From contig OZ024750.1 in NCBI GenBank assembly GCA_964016885.1, positions 32,550,001-32,614,000 of the forward strand: a stretch of DNA of 64,000 nucleotides, written 5' to 3'. Shown here piece after piece: positions 12,366 to 24,540 of this stretch. The translations under genes and the position numbers were made by a program. This stretch comes from Eledone cirrhosa (lineage: Eukaryota). The stretch's first letter is position 1, and the number at the start of each line of letters is the position of its first letter. The notes under the pieces are model-generated. The model ran no database searches. It had not been told where the DNA came from and worked only from the letters and a program-made list of their open reading frames with translations.

Positions 12366-12373
<8 letters not shown>
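12241..12373. repeat. Fold-back inverted repeat, ~63-bp arms, 7-nt spacer
   Basis: 12241-12303 is the reverse complement of 12311-12373. The right arm runs into (TA)n. Confidence 0.92.
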
Positions 12374-12448
<75 letters not shown>

Positions 12449-13009
12449 AGGAAAGAACAAATATTTAGCAAAATAAAGAGAACTTTAGAGTTGATATTTT
12501 CAAACACAGTCACATGGCACACATGTGCATGACATATTGTCTGTAAGTGTGTCATGAGCTTAGGAAGCAAATCAGAAAATGACAAGATAATTTTAAAATC
12601 TGTGTGTTTTTAATGCCTGGCATATCTGCATGTGTATTCCATTCTAGCTAAATCTGCATATTTCTGCATGTGTATATTTCTGTTTGAAATAAATTTCAAG
12701 AAATATGTTTAAACAATAAACTTTTAAACAGCTTATGGAATGCTGTAACCCTTTTAGTGCTGTATTCAATGCAACACAGATCAAAACAAGGTTAAAAATT
12801 ACTGCCTTAAAAGCATCTAGCTTTCTCTAAGGTTTAGGGTACAATCATAGCCAAGGGGTTAATTTAAGTTGTTTGCTTTAGGATTTGGAGTCTGAATTCA
12901 TATGGTTGCACTAGGACGAGCCACGTTTGCACCAATAATTATGGTAGCTAGACACATATATATATATATCATCATCATCATCTTCATTTAACATCCATCT
13001 TCCATGCTG

Positions 13010-13395
13010 GAGACACATGGCTTAGTGGTTAGAGCATTGGCCTTGCAATCGAAAGGTTGTGAGTTCAATTCTCAGACCGTGTGATGTGTTGTTTCCTTGA
13101 GCAAGACACTTTATTTCACATTGCTCTAGTTTACTCAGCTGTAGAAATAAGATGATAGGACTGGGGTCCCTATCATTCCACTGCAAAGTGGTTGTGGAGG
13201 TGCCACGGTAAAAAAGCACCCCGCCCACACTGTAAAGTGGACGTGTAGGCACCACGGAAAAAAGAACCCAGCACTCACTGTATAAATGAGGTTGGTATTA
13301 GAAAGGTCATCCAGCTGTAGAAATCAAGCCAGAATCAGTTCCCATCCCACCCTTGCAAGCAGGGAAAAGCGGACGTAAAATGATAATGACGATGA
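13010..13395 (+). mobile_element. CORE-type SINE family B with an internal duplication
   Basis: Same head, CORE and tail as the other family B copies. The ...aaaaagcaccc...cactgtaaa segment is duplicated. Confidence 0.9.
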
Positions 13396-13625
13396 TCATG
13401 ACATATGTTAAAGAAAACTATGAAATTTCGTTTACATGTGGTTACTTTTTTATTGTATATAGACATGTTACACATGTTTAACAGAGGATTGGTTCAAGGT
13501 TACCCATAGATGTTTTGGACCGAACTCTATTATCTATCAGCTCATCAGAGTTGTGATTTGGCACTCTGCCTGTGCATTGAGTGCTTACTTTTTTACCCCC
13601 ACCAATAGTTCACTGAATGAAATAC

Positions 13626-13660
<35 letters not shown>

Positions 13661-13726
13661 TAGAAAGTGAGGTTTTTTTTACAAAATGAAAAATAACCGA
13701 GGTGTCCTACACGAGTGAAAGTATAA

Positions 13727-14163
<437 letters not shown>

Positions 14164-14216
14164 AGAATATAGCTTCAGGCATAGCTGTATACAGATATGT
14201 TTTGAAATTTCTATAG

Positions 14217-14411
14217 AAATACGATATGTTTATAGATAAAGATTTAGAAAGACGTAGCTATGCAAAACACCGGGGCTATCGAGAACCAGTTAAGTGAAAT
14301 GCATCGACGATTGTTCCCCCTGCTTCTGCTGGTCACCACAAGAGGGCGATAGCCCTGGCATTTTGCATAGCTACAGCTTTCTAAATGTTTATCTATAAAC
14401 ATCTCATATTT
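14217..14411. repeat. Diverged inverted repeat, ~65-bp arms, ~65-bp spacer
   Basis: ...tgtttatagataaagatttagaaagacgtagctatgcaaaacaccggggctatcg pairs with cgatagccctggcattttgcatagctacagctttctaaatgtttatctataaaca... Confidence 0.85.
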
Positions 14412-14436
14412 CTTTAGAAATATGAAATTTCAATCC

Positions 14437-14560
14437 ATATTGTTATACTTTGGGAGGGTTATGTTGCCAATATTGGCAACATGATCCTCCCAAAGTATAA
14501 CAATATCGGTTTCAACACACGTTTTCAGATATAGAATCTTGCTAAACAAATTCAGAAACG
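14437..14560. repeat. Palindrome with 35-bp arms plus an extension to (TA)n; same family as 61196-61575
   Basis: atattgttatactttgggagggttatgttgccaat|attggcaacatgatcctcccaaagtataacaatat, followed by cggtttcaacacacg... Confidence 0.85.
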
Positions 14561-15027
14561 ATATATATATATATATATATATATCATAATCATCGCCGTT
14601 TAACATCCTTTTTCCAAGCTTGCATGGATTACAGTCCATTTTTGCATTGTCTTAGCCTTCTATCTCTTTCAAAGTTATATAAATATATATAAATAAATAT
14701 ATATATTTGGAAACTCTGCTTCGTAGAATCAAGACGTAGCTGAGTTCTTTGCGATTTCAGAGTCAGGTTCGATCATTACATCGATCGTGCCTCGAGCTGA
14801 TCGCGAGAGAAACGATTGTAATATGTCTAATAAATTTTATTCGTCGCAACACTGATTCTCTGTTTCTTATGTGATATCATACTCTGCTCTGTAAGAGCAT
14901 CGAGTGCTTTAAGCATCCCACACCAATTAAATAAATATATATATATATATATAAAATTAGAATTTTATTTCTTGTCGTAGCACAGCTGATACATAAATGT
15001 ATGTATGCACACGTACACACATATAAG

Positions 15028-15065
<38 letters not shown>

Positions 15066-15109
15066 TATATATACATATACACACATATATACATATACAT
15101 ATGTATGTA

Positions 15110-16067
15110 TGGGTTATATCGAACATGAATAGTATGTGCTGAAACAGTTACTTCCCAAAGGGGAGGTAAACCCACGTTAGATTGAAGTTGAGGTTGACGA
15201 CTGTGAATACTCAGTATAATGATAGATTGTTCATATTAGTCAGTCTGGAGCTTTGTAATTACATAATAGGTGTTTCCAGATGTGTGGACAACGCAAAAAA
15301 GTTCAATCCTTGAATTTAGACAAGCACTGTTACGCAAACTTCTCAGAATATTGATTCTTTCTTCAAAGCACAGCCGACAAATTGGATTCCCATTTCCATA
15401 TGACAGAGACTTACTAATAACTTTCCATTGAATGGTGTAATCCATGCCTGTGTCATTGAGGACCATACGTGGCTCACGAGCTTTGTGGATGATTGCTTGT
15501 ACGGGTATCTGAAGGTCGACTGATGATTCAGGAAGCATTCTTTAAACCAGCCCTCTGCCATGCCCACATAGGATTTGACCTGTTGGTGTTGATTTGATCG
15601 GTTAGAAATGACCACAGCTTCGTAAATAACTGTGAGTGTGTTGCATTGTTGTTGAAAGGGACAAGGTTCAGCCCTGAGCAAGAGCATCCTAGTAGGGTTC
15701 TGCTCTTAGGGTTGTTGGTGATGTGGGCCTTCATATTCTTAACATAGCAGTATCCTAGTTTTACCCTGTGTCTGTTAAAGATGGAGCAGTATTTGTGACC
15801 TATAGGAAGTGTCTATCTAAGAAAGTAAGAAAGCTAAAAAATCTTTTACCTACATTATTTTTAATGTTGAGTGAGAAGGTGGAGGTGGAACCAAATTATT
15901 TTTCTATTAGCAGGATTTCTTTCCCTATTGTTGTTGGTGTTAGTAGGGGAGTAAGCAATAGGTTGCAAAAAGCCGCTGTTAGCTAATGCTGCATTGTAGT
16001 AGGGTGCCATACTGTCAAAGATTGCTTTATTAGAGGAGAGGTTAGAGATTAGAGATTCTACTGCCAA
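15110..16067 (-). mobile_element. Decayed Penelope-like retroelement: RT thumb/linker plus C-terminal GIY-YIG endonuclease (Hydra-clade-like)
   Basis: Frameshifted pieces: PYYNAALANSGF...RKIIWF; CSC/RAEPCPFQQQC (CxCx5C across a frameshift); VIYEAVV...YVGMAEGWFKECFLNHQSTF...STKLVSHVW; IQWKVI...CRLCFEE...LNSRIELF. Bounded by TA-rich microsatellites. Confidence 0.88.
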
Positions 16068-16498
16068 TATATATATATATATATTTTCTCTCTCTCGTCT
16101 GCGATTTCACAGAACTTATGTTTACCGAATTCACAGACTAGACCCCTTCTTCTTCCCGTTAGACCTGTGCGAAATTCCTTCCTTGCTCACATTTCAACCA
16201 GGTTTGATGGTCTTTATTCGCTCTCGTTCACGATTTCACCGAACTTATATTCATAGAAATTTTTGGACTTGACTTCTTCTTCCTCACTTTTCGTTGCTTC
16301 ACCATCTTTGTTTATTTACACTCTCGCTGTTCCCTTTATTTACATGTCCCAACGACTTTCTTTAGCCGTTGCTCACACCAACCGAAGGTATATGGTCTTT
16401 AAAGCGATGAAATACCAATGATGGTTGGAAGATCACTGATGAAGGACTAACTTTATTCATATGTAACCCATTAGCACCGCCGCAGCACGTTTATTTTC

Positions 16499-16553
<55 letters not shown>

Positions 16554-17120
16554 TATATATCAGTCGCACTATACTTGTATCCCTATGTGTATTATTTACA
16601 TGTAGGAACACATACTTTTATTATATATTTATATATATATATATATATGGTGACTAAACAACCTTTTAACCTTACTATGGCTGCAGGCAAAGTGAAGACT
16701 TCCTCTCTTGCATGTAATCTCTAGAATAAAGATCTTGTGTCTGTTGGCTAACAGCTTGATACAAACTTTTAGTAGACAAGCTGACATGTATGAAAATGAT
16801 TAATAACCACATGTAGGATCTGGGTTTGCCATTTCACAACCTAGATGGAATAAAAACCTATAATAGCCATACCTACTGAGATGACATACAGGCTTAATTA
16901 CAAATAGTAAAAAAAACTCTTATTCCTCCCACCACCACCATTCTGTACTCTCTCCCCATTCCAACATGTTACACATATCCTCTTAATCCTGTTTCCTCCT
17001 CCCTTCTTTTTATTTTATTCATTTTTTAATATTTATTTTCATTCCTGGTTTCATTTTTATATTTTTTAATTTTTGGTGATGTTTTCAACTTGTTTGATGT
17101 TTCCATAGCAATTACCATTT

Positions 17121-17251
17121 TGTTAATATACTCTGATGAAACAAGTTATGCCTTCAGTTACATATTGTATAATCTTTTACAATCCATATAGTTTTTATGC
17201 AATCTGTTGAGTGATTGTTTTTGTAGAAACATCTGTCAGAATTGATTAACA
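17121..17251 (+). ncRNA. Hammerhead-like motif with intact core and long degenerate stem II
   Basis: tgttaatatact-CTGATGA-(86 nt)-GAAAC-atct-GTC-agaattgattaaca. Stem I includes tgttaat/attaaca. Confidence 0.55.
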
Positions 17252-18589
17252 TATATTACAATAACCTATGGTGACATTAATGTAGAATTGTTTTGCTAAA
17301 ATTATGTCTGAGAACCTTCGCTAAGAACAGATCTTGGTTTCTCAGTTTTATTTTCATATCACTTCATAATGACTGTTGTCTCTCCCTTAAAACATGAGAT
17401 GTTGAAAGATTAAGGCATAGGTAGAGAAAGTGGAGCAAAGAGAAATATGTTATCACGTTGTTCATCAGGAGTATTGAGCCCCTGTATGTTAAAGAAAACT
17501 AATCAATTTTGAACAAGATAAGTGCCGCTCATTCGACAACCATGCAACTCCCAATGATATGGACCTGTATGGGGTGGGGAGTATTCTCTGGTGTGCGGGG
17601 GTCCATGCCTAGGCTGCTTCATGATCCCAAAGAACAGAATGGAGATAGTGTTGCCCCAGAAGATGGCAAAGGAGATGTGTTAAAATAGCTGTTTCAACTT
17701 TCAGTTCTTCAGTATAAATTTGAATATGGGGAGACAGCAATTGAAGAAATTGGTGCTTATGTTCAAACAGCTTGTGGAGTTGTGCACCTTAACATGAGAG
17801 CTGAAACATGTCATTAACAATATCTATTGCATTATTAACAAAATAAATCAAATCCTGGTGAATTCAACTTTAAATATTTTATGTTTCAAAGTTGATCAAA
17901 TGAGTAGCAGAGATACATAGGAGTTAATTAAATCATCACACCTCTTATAGTTTTAAATCTGATATCGTTTCACAAAGAAATCAATAAAAATGTACCATAC
18001 ACATTATATATAAATGTTAATGGTTCTGAAATAATTGCAGAGTTAATTACCCACAACTTTTATTCTGAAATATAGTTTTGATGTTGGCAAAGAATTTATG
18101 GGGGGTGAAATAAGTGCTTTGAGATATTTAGTTAAATGTCTCATTTTTATAAGTATTAATTTCTTTTTTTTTAGTTCCAAATTTTCACTCAGGTTGATAA
18201 TATTTTCTTTCATCACTATTGCATCAATGCAATGGACTGGAGTTGATTGAGGTTGAAGCAATATATTAGAATCAATCAGTCATAGAATGTCTCTTTATAA
18301 AGAAAGCCTTGCAGCTAGCAAAAGGAAAATCATTATTATCCAGAGATATTCTCAGTGGTATATGAACAAAAACCTACATAGAAGATAATATAGATTTTCG
18401 TAGTATTGATTTCAAAAGTTGCATAACTTGTTTCTCTCATTTCTAAAAATGAGTAATGATAAGCACTGATGGAAATGGTCATGAAAATAAAGCATTGTGA
18501 TGTGGTACAATAGAGTAAAATTCTTAACAGGATGTATAATAAACATAACTAATTAACTACTTCATGTAGCCCAGGAAATAATGAAAACA

Positions 18590-19136
18590 AGCTTACGCAT
18601 GCATGCTCACATATGTACAACACACAAAGAAGCACACACATATACACACATACACACATACACATACACATGTACACACATGCACGTATTCATACACACA
18701 TACATACATGCACGTACACGCACACATGTACATTCACACACACGTGCGTACATACACACACATATACACATGCATATGCACACTTACATACACACACATG
18801 TGCATACATACACAGACATTACATTAACACATGCACACATGCAAACAAGCACACACATACGTGTGCATGCACACATATATGTATGCATACATGTATGCAT
18901 ACAGACACATGTAAACATGCATATGTACACATACACACACATACATATACAATGCACATATATACATAAACACACATGCATGCACCTACACAATCACACA
19001 TGCACATATACACATACACACACACACAAACACATATATTCTTGTATATACATTTATATATACACATTGTGTCACAAAACAATATACATACATATACATA
19101 TATATTTTGTATACATACATCCACAAGAAAATGCAC

Positions 19137-19193
<57 letters not shown>

Positions 19194-19200
19194 AACATCT
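18590..19200. repeat. Degenerate (CA/TA)n low-complexity tract
   Basis: Mixed ACAT/ACAC repeats that produce His/Thr-rich ORFs. Confidence 0.95.
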
Positions 19201-19335
19201 ATGTTTTTAATTTAATTGATTTAGCCAAACAAGAGGTTAAAGCAAGTTTACAGCAGGTTTTTTGTTTTTGTAACAAAACTAAATGTTTAAGCAAGTTAGA
19301 ACATGCAAAAGTATATATATATATATATATATATA

Positions 19336-19410
19336 ACGAAGGAAATGTGGTAAGGAACCAGGTGGACCATAACGCACCAAAGTACTCAACACTTAGGGTA
19401 GTAGAGTGTG

Positions 19411-19412
<2 letters not shown>
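19336..19412 (-). mobile_element. Short (TA)n-embedded dispersed repeat
   Basis: Reverse complement cactctactaccctaagtgttgagtactttggtgcgttatggtcc...ccttcgtta matches 60169-60233 and 58215-58275. Confidence 0.8.
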
Positions 19413-19464
<52 letters not shown>

Positions 19465-19478
19465 TATTTTATAGAAGG

Positions 19479-19529
19479 AGCTTCTACAGGACTAGTACTG
19501 TTTCATTCAGATGAAATCTTCAGGAAGCT
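19479..19529 (-). ncRNA. Minimal type I hammerhead ribozyme with complete catalytic core
   Basis: Minus strand: agcttc-CTGAAGA-tttcatctgaat-GAAA-cagtactagtcctg-TA-gaagct. 6-bp stem I, ACAG/CTGT stem III with palindromic ACTAGT, GUA triplet. Confidence 0.8.
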
Positions 19530-20049
19530 GGGTGTCATATTAAGTTCTGGTATTTATACATTTAGGTAGTGGCAAGGGAGGGTGGTGGATGGGGGGGGGG
19601 GTATTTAGATACACAGGACCACTACATGGCACAGGCCGTTTTTTTCTATGGGGAGTGGTCAATTAGCCAGAGTGCTTTTTTGAAATAAATAAATAAGTAA
19701 ATAAATAAATAAATGAATAAATAAATAGATAAATGAATAAATAAATAAAATAAATAAAGAAATAAATAAAAAATAAATAAATAAAAACCCCAAGAATAGT
19801 AATTCAACAGATATATAGTAGGGACCTACGTATATATATATATATATATATATATTACTAGGGACGTTGTTAATATAGATTCATCAACATCATCATCCTC
19901 ATCATCATGACTGTTTAATGTCCCTTTTCCTTGCTAGTAATGTGTGGTCATGGCAGCACAAACCAGTTAGTTTTTAAGCAAAGCGTCCGATTCTAGATTT
20001 CCAGGTCTGATATATGATGCCTGCCATGTTCTACAAGGTAAATTTTATA

Positions 20050-20560
20050 TAGTGGCACCAACATTAGGGAAGTGGTCAAGTGTTAATCTTTTGGTATAGC
20101 TGAAGAATCCTCCCAACTTTGGATGCCCTTCTTATCACCAACCATTTACAGACTAGAGTAGAATATTGTTTATCATGTAGATCACCAACACAAAGGAAGT
20201 TGTCATATTCTAACACAAAAGATTTCTCCTGATTCTTTGTTTTACATATCTTCTAAAACCAACCACTTTACAGAGTGTAATAAGTGATCTTTTATTGTGT
20301 AAATCCCCAACACTAGGGATGTTGTCATATCTAGAGCATAGCTGAAGAAATCTACTGACAATTTGGTAAGTTTTCTATGACTACATGACTTTTCTATCAC
20401 TGACCACTTTACAGAGTGTACTAGGTGCATTTATTATATAAATCACCAGCACTAGGGTGGTTGTTATGTCTCTCCCACAACTAAAGAGTCCTCTTAATCT
20501 TTGTTTAGCAAGTTTTCTATGGCTGCGTGACCATCCTATCACCAACGACTTTACAGGTTA
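20050..20560 (-). repeat. Degenerate tandem copies (~135 bp) derived from a SINE tail
   Basis: Recurrent accaaccactttacagagtgta...caccagcactaggg...gtcat segments. Confidence 0.6.
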
Positions 20561-20577
20561 TGCCTATATATATATAT

Positions 20578-20860
20578 ATATTTATTAAAATAACAGATTA
20601 AAGTTTAATCAAAGAATCGCTGCTTTCACCCTTAACAGGATCTTCTGAAACTAACAAAGTCAATCTGTAAACACAGAAGTGTTTACAGATTGACTTTGTT
20701 AGTTTCAGAAGATCCCGTTAAGAGTGAAAGCAGTGATTCTTTGCTTAAACTTTAATCTGTTATTTTAATAAATATTTGCTCTACGGTTCTTATATATTTG
20801 ATATATATTTATCCTTATTGAGCCCTCTTTGGATTTTAGTCTTCAAATTTATTATTATTA
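20578..20860. repeat. Fold-back inverted repeat (97-bp arms, 4-nt spacer) with one-sided extension, between (TA)n tracts
   Basis: 20578-20674 pairs with 20679-20775. Each arm has a hammerhead-like scaffold agttt-CAGAAGA...GAAAgca...tgcTT-aaact. Confidence 0.92.
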
Positions 20861-21439
20861 CTATATATATATACACCATAGCAACTGTAGACTAGTGTCA
20901 CTGAAATATGTATTATCCAATAAATACAATTATATATGTATGTATGCATTCATGAATGCTTGCCTGTATCTATATATTTATATGCATATATAAATATGTG
21001 AGTGTGAACGTGGTGTATAGACAGGACATAAAATCTGTTCATAAGAAAAGAAATATACCCAGTTAAGTTAGTATAACTAACCCATATTTCATTACTAAAG
21101 TTAACCAGCAAGGAAACACTTATATTACTTAATGTAGCAATAAATTTCCCTTAATTAACTCTTATTCTATCCTTAAGTTATTTAGTATGTATCTAATGTC
21201 CTCTGTATCTTGGTACGGAATGTTTTACACTCTAAATGACATGGCCATGCTTAGAATATCTAACTAAAAGATTATTCCATTAGCAAATTCCATAACATAT
21301 GTCTTAATGAAGCAGACAGACTTAAAAAAACAATAACATCTAGAATTTTCATTTTATTAATCTAAATACAATGACAGTTGATTTTTACAAGATTTGCACT
21401 AGAGAGACAGTGATGATGCATTATATTATGAAACCATTA

Positions 21440-22150
21440 TGGATGCCTTGCTTTGACACATAGAGTTATGGCCCTTTCCAATCTGAGTTCAAATCTTGAT
21501 GAGTTAAATATGCCTGTCACCCTGACGGGGTCGATAAAATAAAGTACCAGTAATGCACTGGGTATTTGCTGGCCTTGTGCCAAAAGTAGAAACAATTATT
21601 ATTACTATTATTACTTGGTCTGAGTTCAAATCCCGCCAAGGTTAACTTTGCCTTTCATCCTTACGGGGTCGATAAAATAAAGTACCAGTAATGCACTGGG
21701 TAATTGCTGGCCTTGTGCCAAAAGTAGAAACAATTATTATTACTATTATTACTTGGTCTGAGTTCAAATGCCGCCAAGGTTAACTTTGCCTTTCATCCTT
21801 ACGGGGTCGATAAAATAAAGTACCAGTAATGCACTGGGTAATTGCTGGTCTTGTACCAAAAGTAGAAACAATTATTATTACTATTATTACTTGGTCTGAG
21901 TTCAAATCCCGCCAAGGTTAACTTTGCCTTTCATCCTTACGGGGTCGATAAAATAAAGTACCAGTAATGCACTGGGATAATTGCTGGCCTTGTACCAAAA
22001 GTAGAAACAATTATTATTACTATTATTACTTGGTCTGAGTTCCAATCCCGCCAAGGTTAACTTTGCCTTTCATCCTTACGGGGTCGATAAAATAAAGTAC
22101 CAGTAATGCACTGGAATAATTGCTGGCCTTGTGCCAAAAGAAGAAATAAT
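21440..22150 (+). repeat. Tandem array of the 3' part of SINE family A (138-bp unit, 5 copies)
   Basis: Units start at 21617, 21755, 21893 and 22032, after a first copy that keeps part of the head. Confidence 0.95.
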
Positions 22151-22329
22151 TATAGTATGAAACAGTATAGATTATATAGAATATATTGTGGTAGCAAGTT
22201 AGATGCAATGTAAGATATAAATGCAATGTACAGTTATATGCACTGAAAATACAGATGTAATGTGCACTGAAGATACTATTGATATCAAGTGAAGGGAATG
22301 GGGTCTAAAGACACTAAGAAAATAATGGT

Positions 22330-22590
22330 TATTTCTTCTTCTTCTTTGCCCACTTATTCTTGTGATGGTTATGGAGGCATAGTCCCCAAGCACACCTACC
22401 AGTGGGTCCTGACAAAAGCACTGTCCCCAATTGATCCAACTGAGTGATGGCGTTTATCCAACCATCTTGTTCAAGGTCTACCTCGGAGCCTCCTACCGAT
22501 TTATTTTACCCATAAAACCTGACGAGCGATTCTTTCCTGAGACATTCTAACCACCTGCTCATAGTATTAGAGCTGTGATCTCTCAAATTG
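22330..22590 (-). mobile_element. Old RTE-clade LINE 3' fragment
   Basis: Minus translation RSQL*YYEQVVRMSQERIARQVLW...GRRLRGRP*TRWLD, with a (GAA)n tail. Confidence 0.7.
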
Positions 22591-23433
22591 ATTATCTCTA
22601 GCCTTAAATATATGTTGTTCTTTTTTAGCCTGAGATCAAACTGATTGAACAGACCAACAATGATAGACATTCTTGATGTCACCATCTAGAGCATATTACT
22701 TATTGTTTATTTTCATCTTTTAAAATGGTCAAAAGCAGATTAAAACGAATTTTACTGTTATTTTTATCAAGCAGATTGAAAAAAAGAGAGGGAGGCTCCA
22801 GAGTTAAGGTCTGCCTGCCAACGTTTAAATAAAGAGCTTCTACAGGTAATATAATATTATTGTAAACTCTAACAGCACTTTAGAATTAACAACTGTTTTA
22901 TTTGTGTTTTTCGGAGATGAGATCAATTATTCCTCCAACTGGAAAATATAGAATCAATGGACTAGCATGTTATCTTGGTGTAGATTGATCCCTTGCCTGT
23001 TTAATGATGCAGATATTGCAGAAAACTGGCGCCTAGATATTTAGAAAGGATTGTTTTTTCTTTTAGTGGGCAAGCTATAAATTTATCATTAGAAATAATC
23101 TAGAAATAAATGTATGGTTTTCTTCACATTGCGCAGCTTAATGGTTAGGATGTTGGACTTACAGTTATAATGTTATCAGTTTGATTCCTGGACGTAGTGC
23201 TGTATTTTATTTCATGTTACTCCAGTACCTCCCTCTCCAGGCCTGAGTACAGCAGATTTCTTCCGGAGAGAGGAAGAATCAACTCCAGTACTAGACTGGT
23301 ACTTTTTTTATCGACCCCGAAAGGATGAAAGGCAAAGTTGGCCTCAGTGGGATTGGAATTTAAAGAGCCGGAACAAATACCATAAAGCATTCTATCTGAT
23401 GTTTTAACAACTTTCCAATATGCTGCCTATTAT

Positions 23434-23514
<81 letters not shown>

Positions 23515-24157
23515 TATTTATATACATGCATACACATATAGACATACATACACACACACACATATACATACACACATTTAGGCATATATACACACATGTA
23601 CATACATACACATACACACACATTCATCTACTCCAGAGTAACTTGTCTCACTATTTAGCCTTAATAAAATGAATATTTAAACTCTACTTTGGCATTGAAT
23701 ACTCTTTGCTCCCATTTTTCAGCCACATACAGATATATATGTGTGTGTATGTATGTCTGTTTGCATGTGTGTGTGAGCAAGTGTGTATATGTATCTGTGT
23801 ATAAGTGTATGTTTTGGTGATATATATTGGTGAAGAAAAGCAGTGAGTAAAATGAAAACAAAACTATGCATCTTGGTGAACATACCTTGCAATATTTGTT
23901 CTGCACTGATTTTCAGTTACTCCCTTGTCAACAGAAAGTCAATGAATGTCTAGTCTATAAGAAAGCTAGAACCAAGGAAGCTATTGTTCACCAAATTTGA
24001 TGTAAGATAAATAATTGACTTATATGCCAACAGCTAATATAAAGTCTGAGTAAGTTGAAATTTGTGATTTGACAAGATATAGATAACGAATTCATAATTT
24101 AACATCATATATCATTTGACTTGTGGCATCAAACTCCCACCACCCCTCATATGTGTG

Positions 24158-24196
<39 letters not shown>

Positions 24197-24540
24197 GAAA
24201 TTATACATATATAGATACATACATATATATAAGAATAATTTTGATCAATATACAATATGCATATGTATATATATATACATCATATTATATATTTTGTGTG
24301 TCTGTCTGTGTGTATCTGATTGTTAGATAAAGATAAATGCTAAAATGTTGACAGAAAATTTAGCGGGTGTTGTAAGACAATTATCATAAGACATGATAAT
24401 ATATCTCACATTTATTTTAACACTGATACCATTTATACTCTTGTTACTTATATTATTTTAGATTTCATTTCCTTTTCTTTTCCAAACCATTTTGTAGATG
24501 CCAGAAAGAAAAATGACCATATATGTAAATAGACAAGACA

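Noticed and set aside
13415-13555. Minus-strand CTGATGA...GAAA hammerhead candidate
   Set aside because: The spacer exceeds 100 nt without a clear stem II, and stem I and the cleavage triplet do not register properly.
16430-16500. CTGATGA in a TA-bounded insert
   Set aside because: No downstream GAAA or stem III, so at most a remnant.
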